Positions 36,101-49,100 of a stretch of DNA of 64,000 nucleotides are shown here, one piece after another. Made by a program: the position numbers and the translations under genes. The DNA lies in contig MU054132.1 of assembly GCA_013239625.1 (NCBI GenBank), forward strand, positions 868,001 to 932,000. Direction: 5' to 3'. Below the pieces are notes generated by a model. It saw nothing but the letters and a program-made list of their open reading frames with translations. It had not been told where the DNA came from and searched no databases. Position 1 is the stretch's first letter; the number at the start of each line of letters is the position of its first letter. Source of the stretch: Lama guanicoe. Its lineage: Eukaryota.

Positions 36101-37522
36101 GACGAAACAGAAAACACCTACATAATGTGTGACAGATGACTACTAAGAAAGAACTGTTGGTTTCCAATAATTTCTAAGCAGTGTTTAAAAAACGTTTTTC
36201 ATTTCTTTTGTCTTAACTGCTTCCACCTCCCCCTGTAACTCAGGCAAATGAAACCTCGTAATATTTTCAATTAAAAAAAAAAAAGTAAGTCTCAAGTATC
36301 ACTACTACTTTATCTCTTCCTAGAATGGTATCTGGCCAAACAAAAACAAAATACCATACAAATTTAGAGAAATCAGTAGAGGATAAATTGAAGAAATGCC
36401 TTCTGATAAGCTAACATTTATTTCCTAAATAATCCCCATGAGAAGTCTAATAAATGAAAATAAGAGGTATTTCAGACCTAGCGTTCATCTATCTTAACTT
36501 TTATTTCACCAAATACTGCCCCCTAAATCCACAATAAAAAGTTAGATAGGTTAATGAGAAAAATACAAAGTCTTTTATTTCATAAGGAAACTTACTTCCC
36601 CCCCTAATTATTATTCTATCATACATGTTAAGTTACCAGTATAACATGGTAAATTATCACAATAAATCTGCCACCCTAGTATGAGATTATCTTGATAAGG
36701 AAAACCTACAAGATTTGATTTCAAATCTGTACTCTAGGTGATAAGGCATTATTTTTGTAATACAAAGTGTTAAGTTTAAATGTAAATCTGACACTCCTGT
36801 CTTTGAACTCAAACTTGGAATGCAGTTCAGAAAGATAGGAGGTAACTATTGACTCCCCACTGCAATTCTGCTGAGCCAATTCCATGGGGAGTACCATTTG
36901 CTGTTTCCTAATTTATGCTGTTAGTCACAGCTCAATATAAATCACTTTAACTATAATATATAATGGGCCAGCATTAGTTACAGAAGTCTGTTCACAACTC
37001 ATTCAGAAATTCATATTATGCTAGTATTTTCCTTAACCCTTACTAAACGGAAAGGACCCAAATTCTGTTGCTGCAACTAGTGAGTATACACCATACTTCA
37101 GAAAGGTTACCTGATAGGCTACCTCCAGATAATATGAATGAAATTTATTGTTCACGCTATTCAAAGAATCACCCTTTGTAGCCGCCAATGCTTCCTGCAG
37201 CAGTCTGATCCAAGCTTTGCAAACTGTGGAAACCACACATTCACTAATGAATCAGGAAAATCTAGCACCACAGGACTAAGGTTCCTACATTTTTTTGGTC
37301 CTCTTTTAAATCCCACTGAATTAGAAATGGCTAACTTTGCAACCTGTTTCTTAACCACTAATGCTCTATGGTATCATCTACCAAAAATTTTAAAAAAGAT
37401 TTTACATGTAAAAACATGTCCCTGATTTTCCAAAGTACAGAAACTTCTTTGAATCAAGTAAGAAGGCTTTGCCAATCCTTTTCAATTCTATGACCACAGG
37501 GAACCAAAAGACCCTACAAATG

Positions 37523-37524
<2 letters not shown>

Positions 37525-37552
<28 letters not shown>
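37525..37552 (+). repeat. (AC)14 microsatellite
   Basis: Direct read. Confidence 0.95.
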
Positions 37553-37558
<6 letters not shown>

Positions 37559-38659
37559 GGGAAAGGAAGACCTTTCCCAGGCACTCAATAGGCCCAGGTT
37601 TTCCTGGCCTGAGCTGGGCACTGCCTCATGGTGCAGAATCACCAAAAAGCAACAGAGATGTGGCCTGGCTTGCTAATTTTAGTCTCCATCTAAGAGAAAG
37701 GAAAGTAAGTGAAACTAAGAAATACTGTGGATACTTTTTAATTCTAAGGCTTGGTACTCTGGATTTGTAGCCAATATTAAGAACAGTTAGGTCAACAATT
37801 CATTCTGAAGGTTACAGTGAGAGGTTTGATTAATCTGAAAATTTGTTTCCATACCTGCAAAGTGAAACTGCTAGGGTGACACTTTAAAGAAAGCAGAGAA
37901 AACACAGGAGTAGACCTATGCAAACTCATAGAAACTGAAAGACTAGGTTAGAAGAGACCAGAATATCTACTCAAACCACCTAGAACAGAGCACCAGGGAT
38001 TCAGATGGTATCATCTATGGTGTACTGGCTGGCAATTTAAATTTTTATGTCAGATTACCTTTATCCTATAAGAATAAATACAAGAGACAAAAGAAAATTA
38101 CTACAGTTGAAGAATAGATTATATAAACTTCATACAACTGAGATAAAGACAGAACTGTTAGGCAAGATGATAGGAATAAATCTTTAGATTGAGCTATTCA
38201 TCAGAAACTGCTTCACAATGAAAAAAATCAGTGAACACTGTAACAAACATTGGGAATACTCTACTGATAACTGTATATAAAACAGTATTTTTACCTTGGT
38301 GTGAAAATTACCCTCTTATAACATACAGGAACAGTTCCATTTTGAGAAGTCGAGTATTGCTTATGAAGCTACTTTATTAAAATTTTACTCCTCTTCAAGA
38401 TCAATTAAACAAAAACAGATAAAACCCTTACTAGCAAAAATGTTTTTTGCCCAGTATCACAGACTGGCATAACTAAACAATACATTATAGAGTATCTAAT
38501 CATGTCTTTCTTGCTACAGATGAGAGAATTCAGAGCTAATGAAGGTAAACAGCCTTTTAAACTTCTGTGGTTACACAGAGCAGAACCAAAAGTAGAATCC
38601 TGTCTGCAAAATCCTGAAGTCCAAAAAACAATATGCTATGTATAAGAGACCCAGTTTAG

Positions 38660-38796
38660 TGGGAAGGGTATAGTTCAAGTGGTAAAGAGCATGCTTAGCA
38701 TACACAAGGTCCTAGGTTCAACCCCCAGTGCCTCCTCCAAAAATAAACAAACCTAATCACCATTTCCCAAAAAATTTAAAAAAAAGAGAGAGAGAC
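38660..38796 (+). mobile_element. tRNA-derived SINE, Vic-1-like, nested in an old L1
   Basis: gggaagggtatagttcaagtggt...ggttcaacccccag; TSD agacccagtttag at 38647-38659 and 38797-38809. Confidence 0.9.
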
Positions 38797-39202
38797 AGAC
38801 CCAGTTTAGATCCAAAGACACAAATAAACTGCAAGTAAATCAATGAAAAACGATATTCCATGAAAACACAGTATATGTAAGAGAGATGGAGTGTTATGCT
38901 AATATCAGACAAAAGACTTTTAGACAAAAATAAAAGTTACAAGAGAAAAACAAGGACACCATATAATGATAATCATTATATATCAAAAAGATATAATAAT
39001 TATGTATGCAACTAACAACAGAGACTCAAAACATATGGAGCAAAAACCAGACAGAACTGAGGGAAGAAATACAGTTAAACAATAATAGTTGGAGATTTCA
39101 AGACATCACTTCCAAAAGACAGGACAAACAGAAAAAAAAAACCATGAAGTTGACAACTTGAACACCACTAATAAACCTGACACACCAAGCATACACAGAA
39201 TG

Positions 39203-39305
39203 TATGTGTTTACTTATTTATTTATTTTTAAATGAAGTACTGGGGATTGAACTCAGGACCCTGTGTATGCAAGCAAGTGCTCTACCACTTCAGCTATACC
39301 TTCCC
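39203..39305 (-). mobile_element. tRNA-derived SINE, Vic-1-like, short tail, no TSD seen
   Basis: Reverse complement gggaaggtatagctgaagtggtagagc...gagttcaatccccag closely matches the SINE at 38660. Confidence 0.85.
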
Positions 39306-39789
39306 TTTAAACAATATACTCTTCAACAGCCAGTGGGTCAAAGAAATCATAAGGGAAATTAGAAAATACTTTGAGAAGAACAAAAACAAAAATAAAATAT
39401 ATCAAAACTTATGCAGCAAAAGGAGTGCTGAGAGGGAGATGTATATAGCTATGAAAGTCTGCATTATCTACATTAATAAAGAAAAGACCTCAAATCAATA
39501 TCCAAACTTCCAACTTAAGGCATTATAAAAGAAAGAGTAAACCTAACCAAAAGCAAGCAGAAGGAAGGAAGGAATAAAGATCAGAGTGAAGATAAACTAG
39601 AAAAACCAAGAACAGAATCACCAAAATCAAAGTTGGTTCTCTGAAAAGATTAAACTGACAAGTCTTTATTTAAATTGATAAAGGAGGGGTGGACCAAATT
39701 ACTATAATCACGAGTGAAAATGGGGAAACTACTAATCTTACAGAAATAAAAATGAATATAAAAGAACATTATGACGTTTTTAGAAAACA

Positions 39790-40215
39790 GCTGTACCAAA
39801 ATATAATTCACATACCATATGATCAACCCATTAAAAGAATACAATTCAATGAATTTTAGTATATTCCCAGATATGTGCAACCACCACCAAAGTAAATTTT
39901 AAAATTTTTTTATCACCTCAAAGAGAAACTCCATACTCTTCAGCAATCATTTCCCTTTACCCTCACCCCTCCTAGCCCTAAACAACCATTAATTTACTTT
40001 CAGTCTCTATAGATTTGCCTGTTTAGGACATTTCACATAATTGGAATTACATATTGTCTTTTTTCACTGGCTTCTTTCACCCACCATAATGTTTTTAAGG
40101 TTCCTCCAATGATGTGGCATGTTAATACTTCATTCCACTTCATGGTTGAGTAACATTCCCATGGTACACAACATTTTGCTTATCCATTTGAGTTGTTTCT
40201 ACTTTTGGTTTTATG
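39790..40215 (-). mobile_element. L1 3' end fragment in opposite orientation, nested in the L1
   Basis: ataattcacataccata...gtctctatagatttgcctgtttaggacatttcacat is the reverse complement of an L1M-type 3' end. Confidence 0.75.
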
Positions 40216-42170
40216 ATTTGTGAACTCACAAATTAGATAATTTACAAATTGCCAGAAAGACACTACCTGCCAAAACCATCTCAAAAAGAAACAGAAAATC
40301 TAAATAGGCTTATAGCACATAAACAGATTAAATCAGCAGTCAAAAAATTTAGAAAAGGGGGGGGTGGGGGGCAGCCCAGGACTTGATGGCTTCAAACATG
40401 AAATTCTACCAAATATTCAAAGAAAAATGAACATCAATACCTCTCAAACTCTTCCCCTCCAAAAAGAAAGAACAATTTCTAACTCATTCTTTGAGGTCAG
40501 CATTACCATGATACCAAAACTGAAAATACCACAAAAATAAAAAGTATTAATCAATATCCCTTATGAATACAGATGCAAAAATCTTTTAAACAAATTACCA
40601 GTAAACCTAAGCCAATAGAATTAAATGGATTATTCACATTGACTAAGTGGGATTTATCCCAAAATGCAAAAGTTGTTCAACAGGCAGGAATCAATTAATA
40701 TAACACAACCTATTTATAGAATAAAGTAAAAACACCACACAATCATCTCAATTGATGCATTAAAAGCAGCTAATCCAACACATTTTCATGACAAAATACT
40801 CAACAAACTAGAAATAGAAGGGAACTTCCTAAAATTGATAAAAGGAATCTAGAAAAATCTAGCACATAACATCATACTAATGATAAAATGCCAAAAGCTT
40901 TCCCCTTAAGATTAGGAAAAACAATTTCATTTACAACATTCAAAAGAATGAAATACAAAGGAAAATATTTAACAAAGGAAATCCAAGACTAAAAACTTCA
41001 AAGCATTTTAAAGAAATTAAAGAAGACTTAATTAAGTGGAAAAACATTCTAATGTTCATTGATTGGAAGACTTAATATTGAGATGTTAATACTCCCCAAA
41101 CTGAATGCAAATATAAATCACAATGAGATACCACTTCACACCCAACTAGGCTAGATATTTAAAAAAAGAGAAGGGGAAAGTAAGTGTTGGTGAGGATGTG
41201 GAGAAATCAGAACTTTCATATGTTGCTGGAAACAAAATGGTAAAACCACTGTGAAAATAGTTGGGTAGTTTCTCAAAAAGTTAAATATAGAATTACCATA
41301 TGATCCAGCAATTGCACTCCTAGTTATCCAGGAAGCAAAAAACCTATGTTCACCAAGTAACTTGTACATGAATGTTCATAATAGCATTATTCAAAATAGT
41401 GAAAAAATGAAAACAATGCAAATATCCACAAACCAACTAATGGATTAGTAAAATGCGGCATATCACTCAAGAATATTATTCAGCAGAGAAAGAAATTAAG
41501 TACTTAATTGTACTACAGCATGGATGAACTTTGGAACATTACGCCAAGTCAAAGAAGTCAGACACAAAAGGCCACATATAGTACGCTTCTATATGTGGAA
41601 ATGTCCAGAACAGGCAAACCCACAGAGATGGAAAGCAGATGAGTGGTTTGCAGGGCTGAGGAGAGGAAGAATGGGAAATGACTGCTTAATCGGTATGAGA
41701 TTTTTTTGGGGGTGATGAAAATGTTCTGGAATTAGATAGTGGTGATGGATGTATAACATGGTGAATTTACTAGAAGCCACAAGATTATACAAATTTAAGT
41801 GTTTAAAATGGAGAATTTTATGTTTTATTAATTTTACTTCAACTTAAAAATAATCCAAAATAATAAACCTAAACCTACTCAGCAACATATAAATTAAAAT
41901 AACCACAAAAATCATTTTTCTGTTCTTATGTCTATATGCTTAAAAACTAGATCTAAAAATGCTCACAACTATGATATTAAGTTATGAGATAATTTTAAAA
42001 ATTCTATGACAAAAGGAAGAGAATAAGAGAATCATACATTAATGTTTTAAGAAAAACGTTTGTACTAATCATCGTACTCACTTTTGAGTGCAAGGAAACC
42101 AAGTTATTTCATCAAGCCAACAGGAAAATGTAGCATCTATTAACCTTGCCCTGGGCCAGAAGTGACTCAC

Positions 42171-42332
42171 CAAGCTTCTCTGGCTCATCGGGCCCCGTGC
42201 CGGCAATGCAGCTGCTCTCCAGGCCATAGGTGGGATCCACTTTCCCAGAGGCTCGTGCTGCTTCCTGTACTTTCTTGACATGAGCTTCAACCAATTCCAA
42301 GGGTACCTCCTCCCGGACTCGAGAAAACTCCT
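42171..42332 (-). CDS. SMARCC1: SMARCC1 coding exon (~exon 21), 162 nt, [54 protein letters not shown]
   Basis: Within ORF 42112..42375; ttcaacag|AGGAG...CTTG|gtgagt. Confidence 0.97.
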
Positions 42333-43029
42333 CTGTTGAAGAACAAAAATGGAACAGTGACCTGGTTTTGCACAAATATTTGCTTCAATGTGAACTAGGA
42401 AATCTGACACATATTAGCGTATTGTGTGTAGTGACCTAGTGACGTTCCTGGGGACTCAGTCTGATCTATCCCAGAAACAAGAGGGCCATAGGAGATAACG
42501 ATGGGCAGTAATGAAATACTATGGAACTACGTCTCTGGCTAAGTTAATTAGAGAAATCTTTACATTTCTGTCACTAACAATCGAAACTGCTGTCCAAATT
42601 TTATCTAACTCTGCTGGTTAGATTGATAGTCAAAAAACAAGGATTAAACAACCAAAAAGTCAACAAAGAGTCCTATGGTGTGAGAAAGTTCTAGTTAGAA
42701 TATGACCTAAGAATGTTAAATGACTCCTTTTGCCAGGGATATCAAATTCCAAATCACAAAACATACCATTAAAAACTCCAGTTTTGTCCCTCCAATTCTT
42801 AATAAATGCTCTTAGTTTAAAAACCTTGTATTTTAAGTGCTTTAGTTTAAAATGTTATAATACTTTAAAATGTAACATGGTATTCTTTAAGAGGTAATAT
42901 CTGATTTTTTGTTATTTATATAACTGAAATGAATGCAACTGCTGATAACATTAAAATGTGAGGTAAGGTTAACATGAAGGAAAAATATTAAACCGTTACA
43001 TAGAATTGTTATGCTGGGGAGATGGCTTA

Positions 43030-43299
<270 letters not shown>

Positions 43300-43454
43300 C
43301 TACGATAGAAAACAACAGGAACTTTAATATCAGGTAACAAGGAAGTAACAGGTAATGACATCAGAAGCTCGTTCTTTATAGACAGGCTTTAAAAATGGTA
43401 ACGAAAATGGTTATACTGTACATAAGATAAAAGGTTGATTTGATTGCTTTCCTT

Positions 43455-43950
43455 ATTAAATTCTCAGTCAAGAAAAATAAAAGGCATGCAAATTAGAAAG
43501 GAAAACGAACAATTGGTTTTTATTATTATACACATGACGGTTTATATAGAAAATCCTGAAGAATCTACAAAAAAGTTATTTAACTAAAAAGTTTAGCAAA
43601 GTCACAGGTTAGAAGGATAATAGAAAAACTCAACTATAGTTCTATATATACTAGCAATGAAAAATTTTAAATTGGGGAAAAGTATTTAAAACAGCACAAA
43701 AATGAAATACTCAGGAATGAAGAGAATGACGAATGTGTAAGATCAATATGCTAGAAAAAATTAAGCATGCTGAAAAACCAAAGACCTAAATAAATGAAGA
43801 GATACACATGTTCATTCATTAGAAGTCTCAATATTGTTAAGATATCAATTCTTTTCAAATTGAACTACAGATTCAATGCAATCCCATTCAAACTACAAAC
43901 TTTTTTTTCTAGAAATTAAGAAACAGATACTAAAATTTATAAGGCATACA
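43455..43950 (+). mobile_element. Old L1 ORF2 fragment
   Basis: aaaggcatgcaaattagaaaggaa...aagacctaaataaatgaagagata...agattcaatgcaatcccattcaaa. Confidence 0.75.
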
Positions 43951-44161
43951 CAGTTCTAGTGTTCAAATCTATAACTTCTCACAGAAAATGCTGAAAAACT
44001 CCAACAAACATAGTAAAAGCAGTCTCCATGGGGGAGAGGGATAGAATACTATGAAGAAAACCAGAAATACATGGTGTTGAGAAAGTCAAGGAATGAACTG
44101 GGTAAAAAGATGTTTGGTAGCTAACTGGAGTTGCTACTCTCACATACTCCCTCTCTAGAGC

Positions 44162-44370
44162 CATGATTTTCACCCAGGGGCAACTGAGCCTCCTTGGGGA
44201 CACAGTAATGTCTGGAGACATTTTTGGTTGACGTAAATGGGGAGGTGCTACTGGCATCTAGTGGGTAGCGGCCATGGATGCTGTTAAGCATTCTACATGC
44301 ACATAAGAGCCCCCACAACAAGAAAAAAACCCATCTGGCTCCAATGTCAGCAGTGGCAGGGCAACCCTAT
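44162..44370. mobile_element. MER20 (hAT-Charlie)
   Basis: aatgtctggagacatttttggttg...ggtgctactggcatctagtgggtagcggccatggatgctgttaagcattcta. Confidence 0.85.
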
Positions 44371-44632
44371 CCCAGAGCCTGACTTGCTGATCTACAGTGT
44401 TAAGATGAGTTCACTGTGATGATGGTTCTCTCCATGTTTATTCCCTCAGTGAACTCTTAACCCTGGGCTCCAACTGCTGCTCCAGGCTTTCTTTCTTACT
44501 GGAGTGGCAGAGGACTCCTCAAAATCCAAGCCAGCAAACTGCCTTACCCATTAAATCCCTTGAAAAACAAGGCTAGTTCTGGGTTTCCTCTGGACAGTCG
44601 GTGGCTTTGGGTAGTTCTAGAAGGAATTACTT

Positions 44633-44670
44633 AAAAAAAAAAAAAAGAAGAAGAAGAAGAAGAAGAAGAA
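44633..44670 (+). repeat. A14 followed by (GAA)8
   Basis: Direct read. Confidence 0.93.
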
Positions 44671-45873
44671 AAGCAAAGAAAAGAAAAATTCAGACTGTAA
44701 CAAAAAATAAAAATCAATCTATCTCACTAGGGTCTCTAGGGCCAAAAACATAACTGAGATGGTTCTAAGTTTCTGATTATGGGGTAGAGATTTTCTTGAG
44801 ATCTTTTAGTATAGCCTTTTCAAACAAACTTGTTATTTTAAAAAGTTTTTTTTCCTTTATTCATTTCCTTCAGCCAGAGACAAATAAGAAAGTTCAAGAA
44901 GTTTTTTTTCCAGAATAAAGCTAAGGAACAGTCATACATAATTCAAGCAAGAGCCAGCATCCAGAAAAGCACAAGGCTGAGAAGCAGTGAGTTTCTGAGT
45001 CTGGGAACTGATGGTAGCATTACGTAAGAGGGGCAGACTGAAGAGGTGTATTCAAAACAGAACATGGTGAAAAACTGGTTGGGAAGGAGGGGAAGGGTGA
45101 CATACAGAGAAAAGCTATTAGGAGACATGTTATAATACTATAACACATCTTCATTCCTCCTGTCATCACTAGGGTCTTCCCCACTGCTCACCTGGATTCT
45201 TAAAATTGCCTGTCCTTCCATACTTAAATCCATTCTTCCTCCCGTTGCTAGAGTGAAGTCTGTTTCACACAGGACACTATTTCTCTCCTGCCTAAAACTA
45301 TGTCAGTGTTCATCATTATCTTATGGAATTAAGACCAACATGACTGGGATACTGTTACCTCTTCTACCTCACCTCCCTCCTCTTTAATGTTCCAGGATAC
45401 CCAGATCCCAAAACACTATCCCCAAATAAGTATTGTGCCTATGTAGCTTGTTCTGTACTAGAAACATCATGTAGTAGAACAAAACACAGGCATCCTGTTC
45501 CCAGGAAGCTGTCCATTACATCTCATCCACAGTCACTCCTCTGTGCGTGTCTTGTGCTCTGGGTACACCTCAAATTGGGTTTTAATCTGTTTCTGTCACC
45601 CATTAGACCACAGATTCCTTAATTGTAGAGACTGTGGCCTAACCATCTCAATCTGTAGTGTCAGCCACAGCGCCTGAAACACAGTACCCATTAAAATTTG
45701 CTGAATTTAACCATAGATGATTAACCTAGGAAAGGAATGTGACTTTTCCAAGATTCCAAGTGTTAAAAAAAAAAAAACCTTGTATTACAAAAAAAAAAAA
45801 AAAGCACTTTTCCTCATGACAAGATTTTTATTGGAAGACATATTCATCTAAAGTATAATTCAAAATTACACAG

Positions 45874-46039
45874 GAAGATGAGCAACAAGAATTTAATGTA
45901 TAGTACAGGGAACTATATCCACTGTTTTATAATAACCTATAATGAAAAATAATCTGAAAAAATATATATAACTGCATCCCTTCGCTGTACACCTGAAACT
46001 AATAAAATATTATAAATCAACAATATTTCAATAAAAAAT
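45874..46039 (+). mobile_element. 5'-truncated L1 3' end
   Basis: tatagtacagggaactatatcc...gctgtacacctgaaactaa...caataaaaaa; TSD aaaattacacag at 45862-45873 and 46040-46051. Confidence 0.85.
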
Positions 46040-46998
46040 AAAATTACACAGAAAAAATATTTATTGGGCTGCATATCACAGATGTATCAAGTACACGCAC
46101 ACGGTAAGAAAATCTTTGATGCTGCTTACTATCTTTGAATGCTACTGTTTCTACAATCTAGTCACTATAAATATCTGAGAAGTGTATCTAGTGATAAACA
46201 AGCATTAATAACCCTCACGGATCTTATTTGCAGATTTTATGTCCATTAATTATCAAATAGAAAATAAATACAAGGTATGAGAAAGCAGAGTAGGCATTAG
46301 AATGCCTGCAGTTAACCAGGGAGAACCAACACACTCACAGATTCAAGCTGTATCACTTTCAAAGCCAGGGACAATTATAAATGACCAGGAAGAACACTGC
46401 AATCAGCTGTGGACTTAAAAGACATTGTGACAGTCTCTTTAAAAAATCCACTTAATCACCATGGAATAGAATGGCACCATCTCTTCTTTCCTTCTGGCAC
46501 ACCCTGATTCTATCAGAGCATTTTCAAACTGCCGTAAGGATTGAGTTACCAGTCTTTGTGGCTTCAGATGTGCATTTTCAGATGGAATACCTGAAATTCT
46601 TCACACATTTTACGAATGAAATCTTACTCAAACAAGCCTTCATCTTCTTGATCTAATGCAGTTTTTTTTTTAAGCTAATATCCTTCTTCTCTACCAAAGG
46701 ATCTTTTCCAAACTGCATTCATCTGTCCAATGTATAGATTCCACTTTGGTTATTTGCAAAATTGTAATTATACTTCCATTATTTGTAGTAAGACAATGAA
46801 CCGAATACAACCAAAGATAACAGCCTGAAGCATTCCAAGTAAGAACTGTGCTTTAATAAGAAATCATATCAAATAAGGCCTTTTTAAAATAAAAGAGGTG
46901 CTCTCAAGAATAATCCAGTATGAAGGTGAACCCAGGTACACGGGTCTCAGGCTGGGATGTTCTGGGTCCCACGGTCACTTCGTCCTGAGTGTGCTCAC

Positions 46999-47023
46999 CA
47001 GCCAGCGTGGTCTTGCTAATTCC
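46999..47023 (-). other. Candidate 25-nt frameshifting microexon in intron 19
   Basis: ctccaccttctcaccag|GGAATTAGCAAGACCACGCTGGCTG|gtgagc. Confidence 0.3.
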
Positions 47024-48199
47024 CTGGTGAGAAGGTGGAGCACCAGGAGGGGGACAGACAGTGTGTGCCACGTTCGCCCATGGCTGAGGGGCTTGCTTTA
47101 GGCAGAGTTTAAGAAAACCCAGGTAGTTTAAACTTAATTGGTTTGGTTTCCTTTATTTTCCTACAGTCCCAATTCATTTATAACCAAATATGGTTTAGGC
47201 TTGCTGAAAAGTTAAAAAACAAACAAACAAACAAAAACCCCAAATATTTGGGAAGCTGCCTGTGTGATATACTTGTCCAATAAAATGTTATGATTTTGGG
47301 GGGTAAACAATAAATTCCAATGAGCTTTCCAGATTTATCTATTTACTAGGGAGAAATTGACTGTTTTTGGTTATAAGTTTAAAATTTTTTCATCTGACTC
47401 ATGTTCTTAAGCTATTAATTACTGATAAATAAACGATAAAAATAGGAGGTGTTAGTGGTAAACAATGCTGTTGGGAAGCCTTTTATTTCTTTGTGTAAGC
47501 ACAGACAACACCTGCTGATTCAACTGCATGTTTAAAAGAAAAATCAACGACTGTACAGGTTCCACCTGCAGGAGAGAAAATGCACTATTGTGTAAGGATA
47601 CTGTGGTTTTCTTGGATATGTTCAGGGTAAATAGTAGCTCAGCCATCCCAGCTCCAGTCTGTGTTTACTATCCACTAATCTTAAATGGAGAATGGGAGAA
47701 AACTTTGAGTATCAATGTGAAGCAAGGAAAAGAAGTGACAGAAAGACTGTTGTTCCAATTTGTGCTGCACAGTTAAACTTCTCCCCAGAGCTCATAGGTT
47801 CTAAACAGTAACACGAAAGTATATTATGTATGTTCTCCTGCAAGTACTGAGAACTGTTAAATTAACATCCATGGCAAATATGACTGGACAAAACAGCCCT
47901 GAAATAAATAAAAAGGGGCTCAGAAAAGAAGCTCTCTGCAAATCACTGATACTGACTGGGCAGATAACAATAAATTGAACTTGGTTCAATTTGGTGGTAA
48001 AAACTCAAAAGGAACAAATCTTTTTTGAATTTTGATCCAGAGAGACACAGAAAGAGAGAGACAGAGAGATTGACAAGAGAGAACAAGGGAAAGTAAAAGA
48101 GGGATGTAAAGAAGAAAATACAAAAATACACCAGTAAAACTTCTGAAAGAACCACAATTGTTGAAACAACTTTAAAACCAAATTAAAGCAACACAGAAA

Positions 48200-49100
48200 G
48201 CGGAACCCAAAGTGTGGTCTGGAGACCCATGGAGCACCATATCTGGGGACTGAGAAACAAAATCATTTTCAGAATAGCATTTGGACATTATTGCCTTTTT
48301 CGTTATGTTGACATTTGCACAATGTTGAAAAAGTAATGGTGGGTGGACCACTGGCCCCTTAGCATGAATCAAGACAGTGGCATTGGACTATTTTAACCGT
48401 CACTTTATTCCTCACTGCCACATACTTGCAAAAGCAAAATGAGCCAACTTAAACATTTCCTTGATGAAACGGTAAAAATTATTCATTTTACTAAATCTAA
48501 GTTTCTAAATCCATGTGTTTTTAATGTGCAGTGCTATGAAATGTGAGGTACAGAAGAGGACTAAATATCAACTCTCGAAGCATGAAGGCTGTCTAAAGGA
48601 AAAGCACTTGTGCAACCGTTTGAGTCTCAAGCTCACACGGCTACTATTTTCACTGAATAACATTTTTACTAGAATGAACGGCTAATACACCATGGTTTTA
48701 CAGACACAGATATCTGGCAGATATTTTCTCAAAAATGAACAAGGATTCTCAAAAATATCACTCCCAGGAAAACAACTGATATAGACTGTTGCCAATGATT
48801 AAGTAGAAGTTAAAATTCTGCAAAATATGTATCAGTCATAACCTCATTCTACTACTTAAAGGACTTTTTCTAATAAGATTAGTAGCAATACTACTGAGAT
48901 TTTTTGATATTGTATAATGAACTGTATCAACATTTGAAAGATCTGCATAATTCAGTAAACCAGTATTTTCCAATTTATCAGTGAAAGATATGCAATAATA
49001 CACGGATAGAAGATCCATTACTAGTGAAAGAGTGACCAATGGATTCCAGGTGGCAACTAACCTTTAGGAAACTATGAGTGGTCAAGTTTTAATGTAGTAC
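48200..49100. mobile_element. Charlie1-like hAT DNA transposon remnant
   Basis: ccaaagtgtggtctggagaccc, catgaatcaagacagtggca, ggaaaagcacttgtgcaaccgtttgagt, gaaagatctgcataattcagtaaaccagtattttccaa. Confidence 0.7.

Larger units (their letters stand above)
38615..41860 (+). mobile_element. Old L1 (decayed ORF2 to 3' end), interrupted by SINEs and an inverted L1 piece
   Basis: Endonuclease-region motifs (taatatcagacaaaa, aataatagttggagatttcaa), RT-region motifs, 3' end gaaaatgttctggaattagatagtggtgatgg. Confidence 0.85.

Noticed and set aside
38660..38740. tRNA gene
   Set aside because: A/B boxes belong to a SINE head with AT-rich tail, TSD and several copies in the window.
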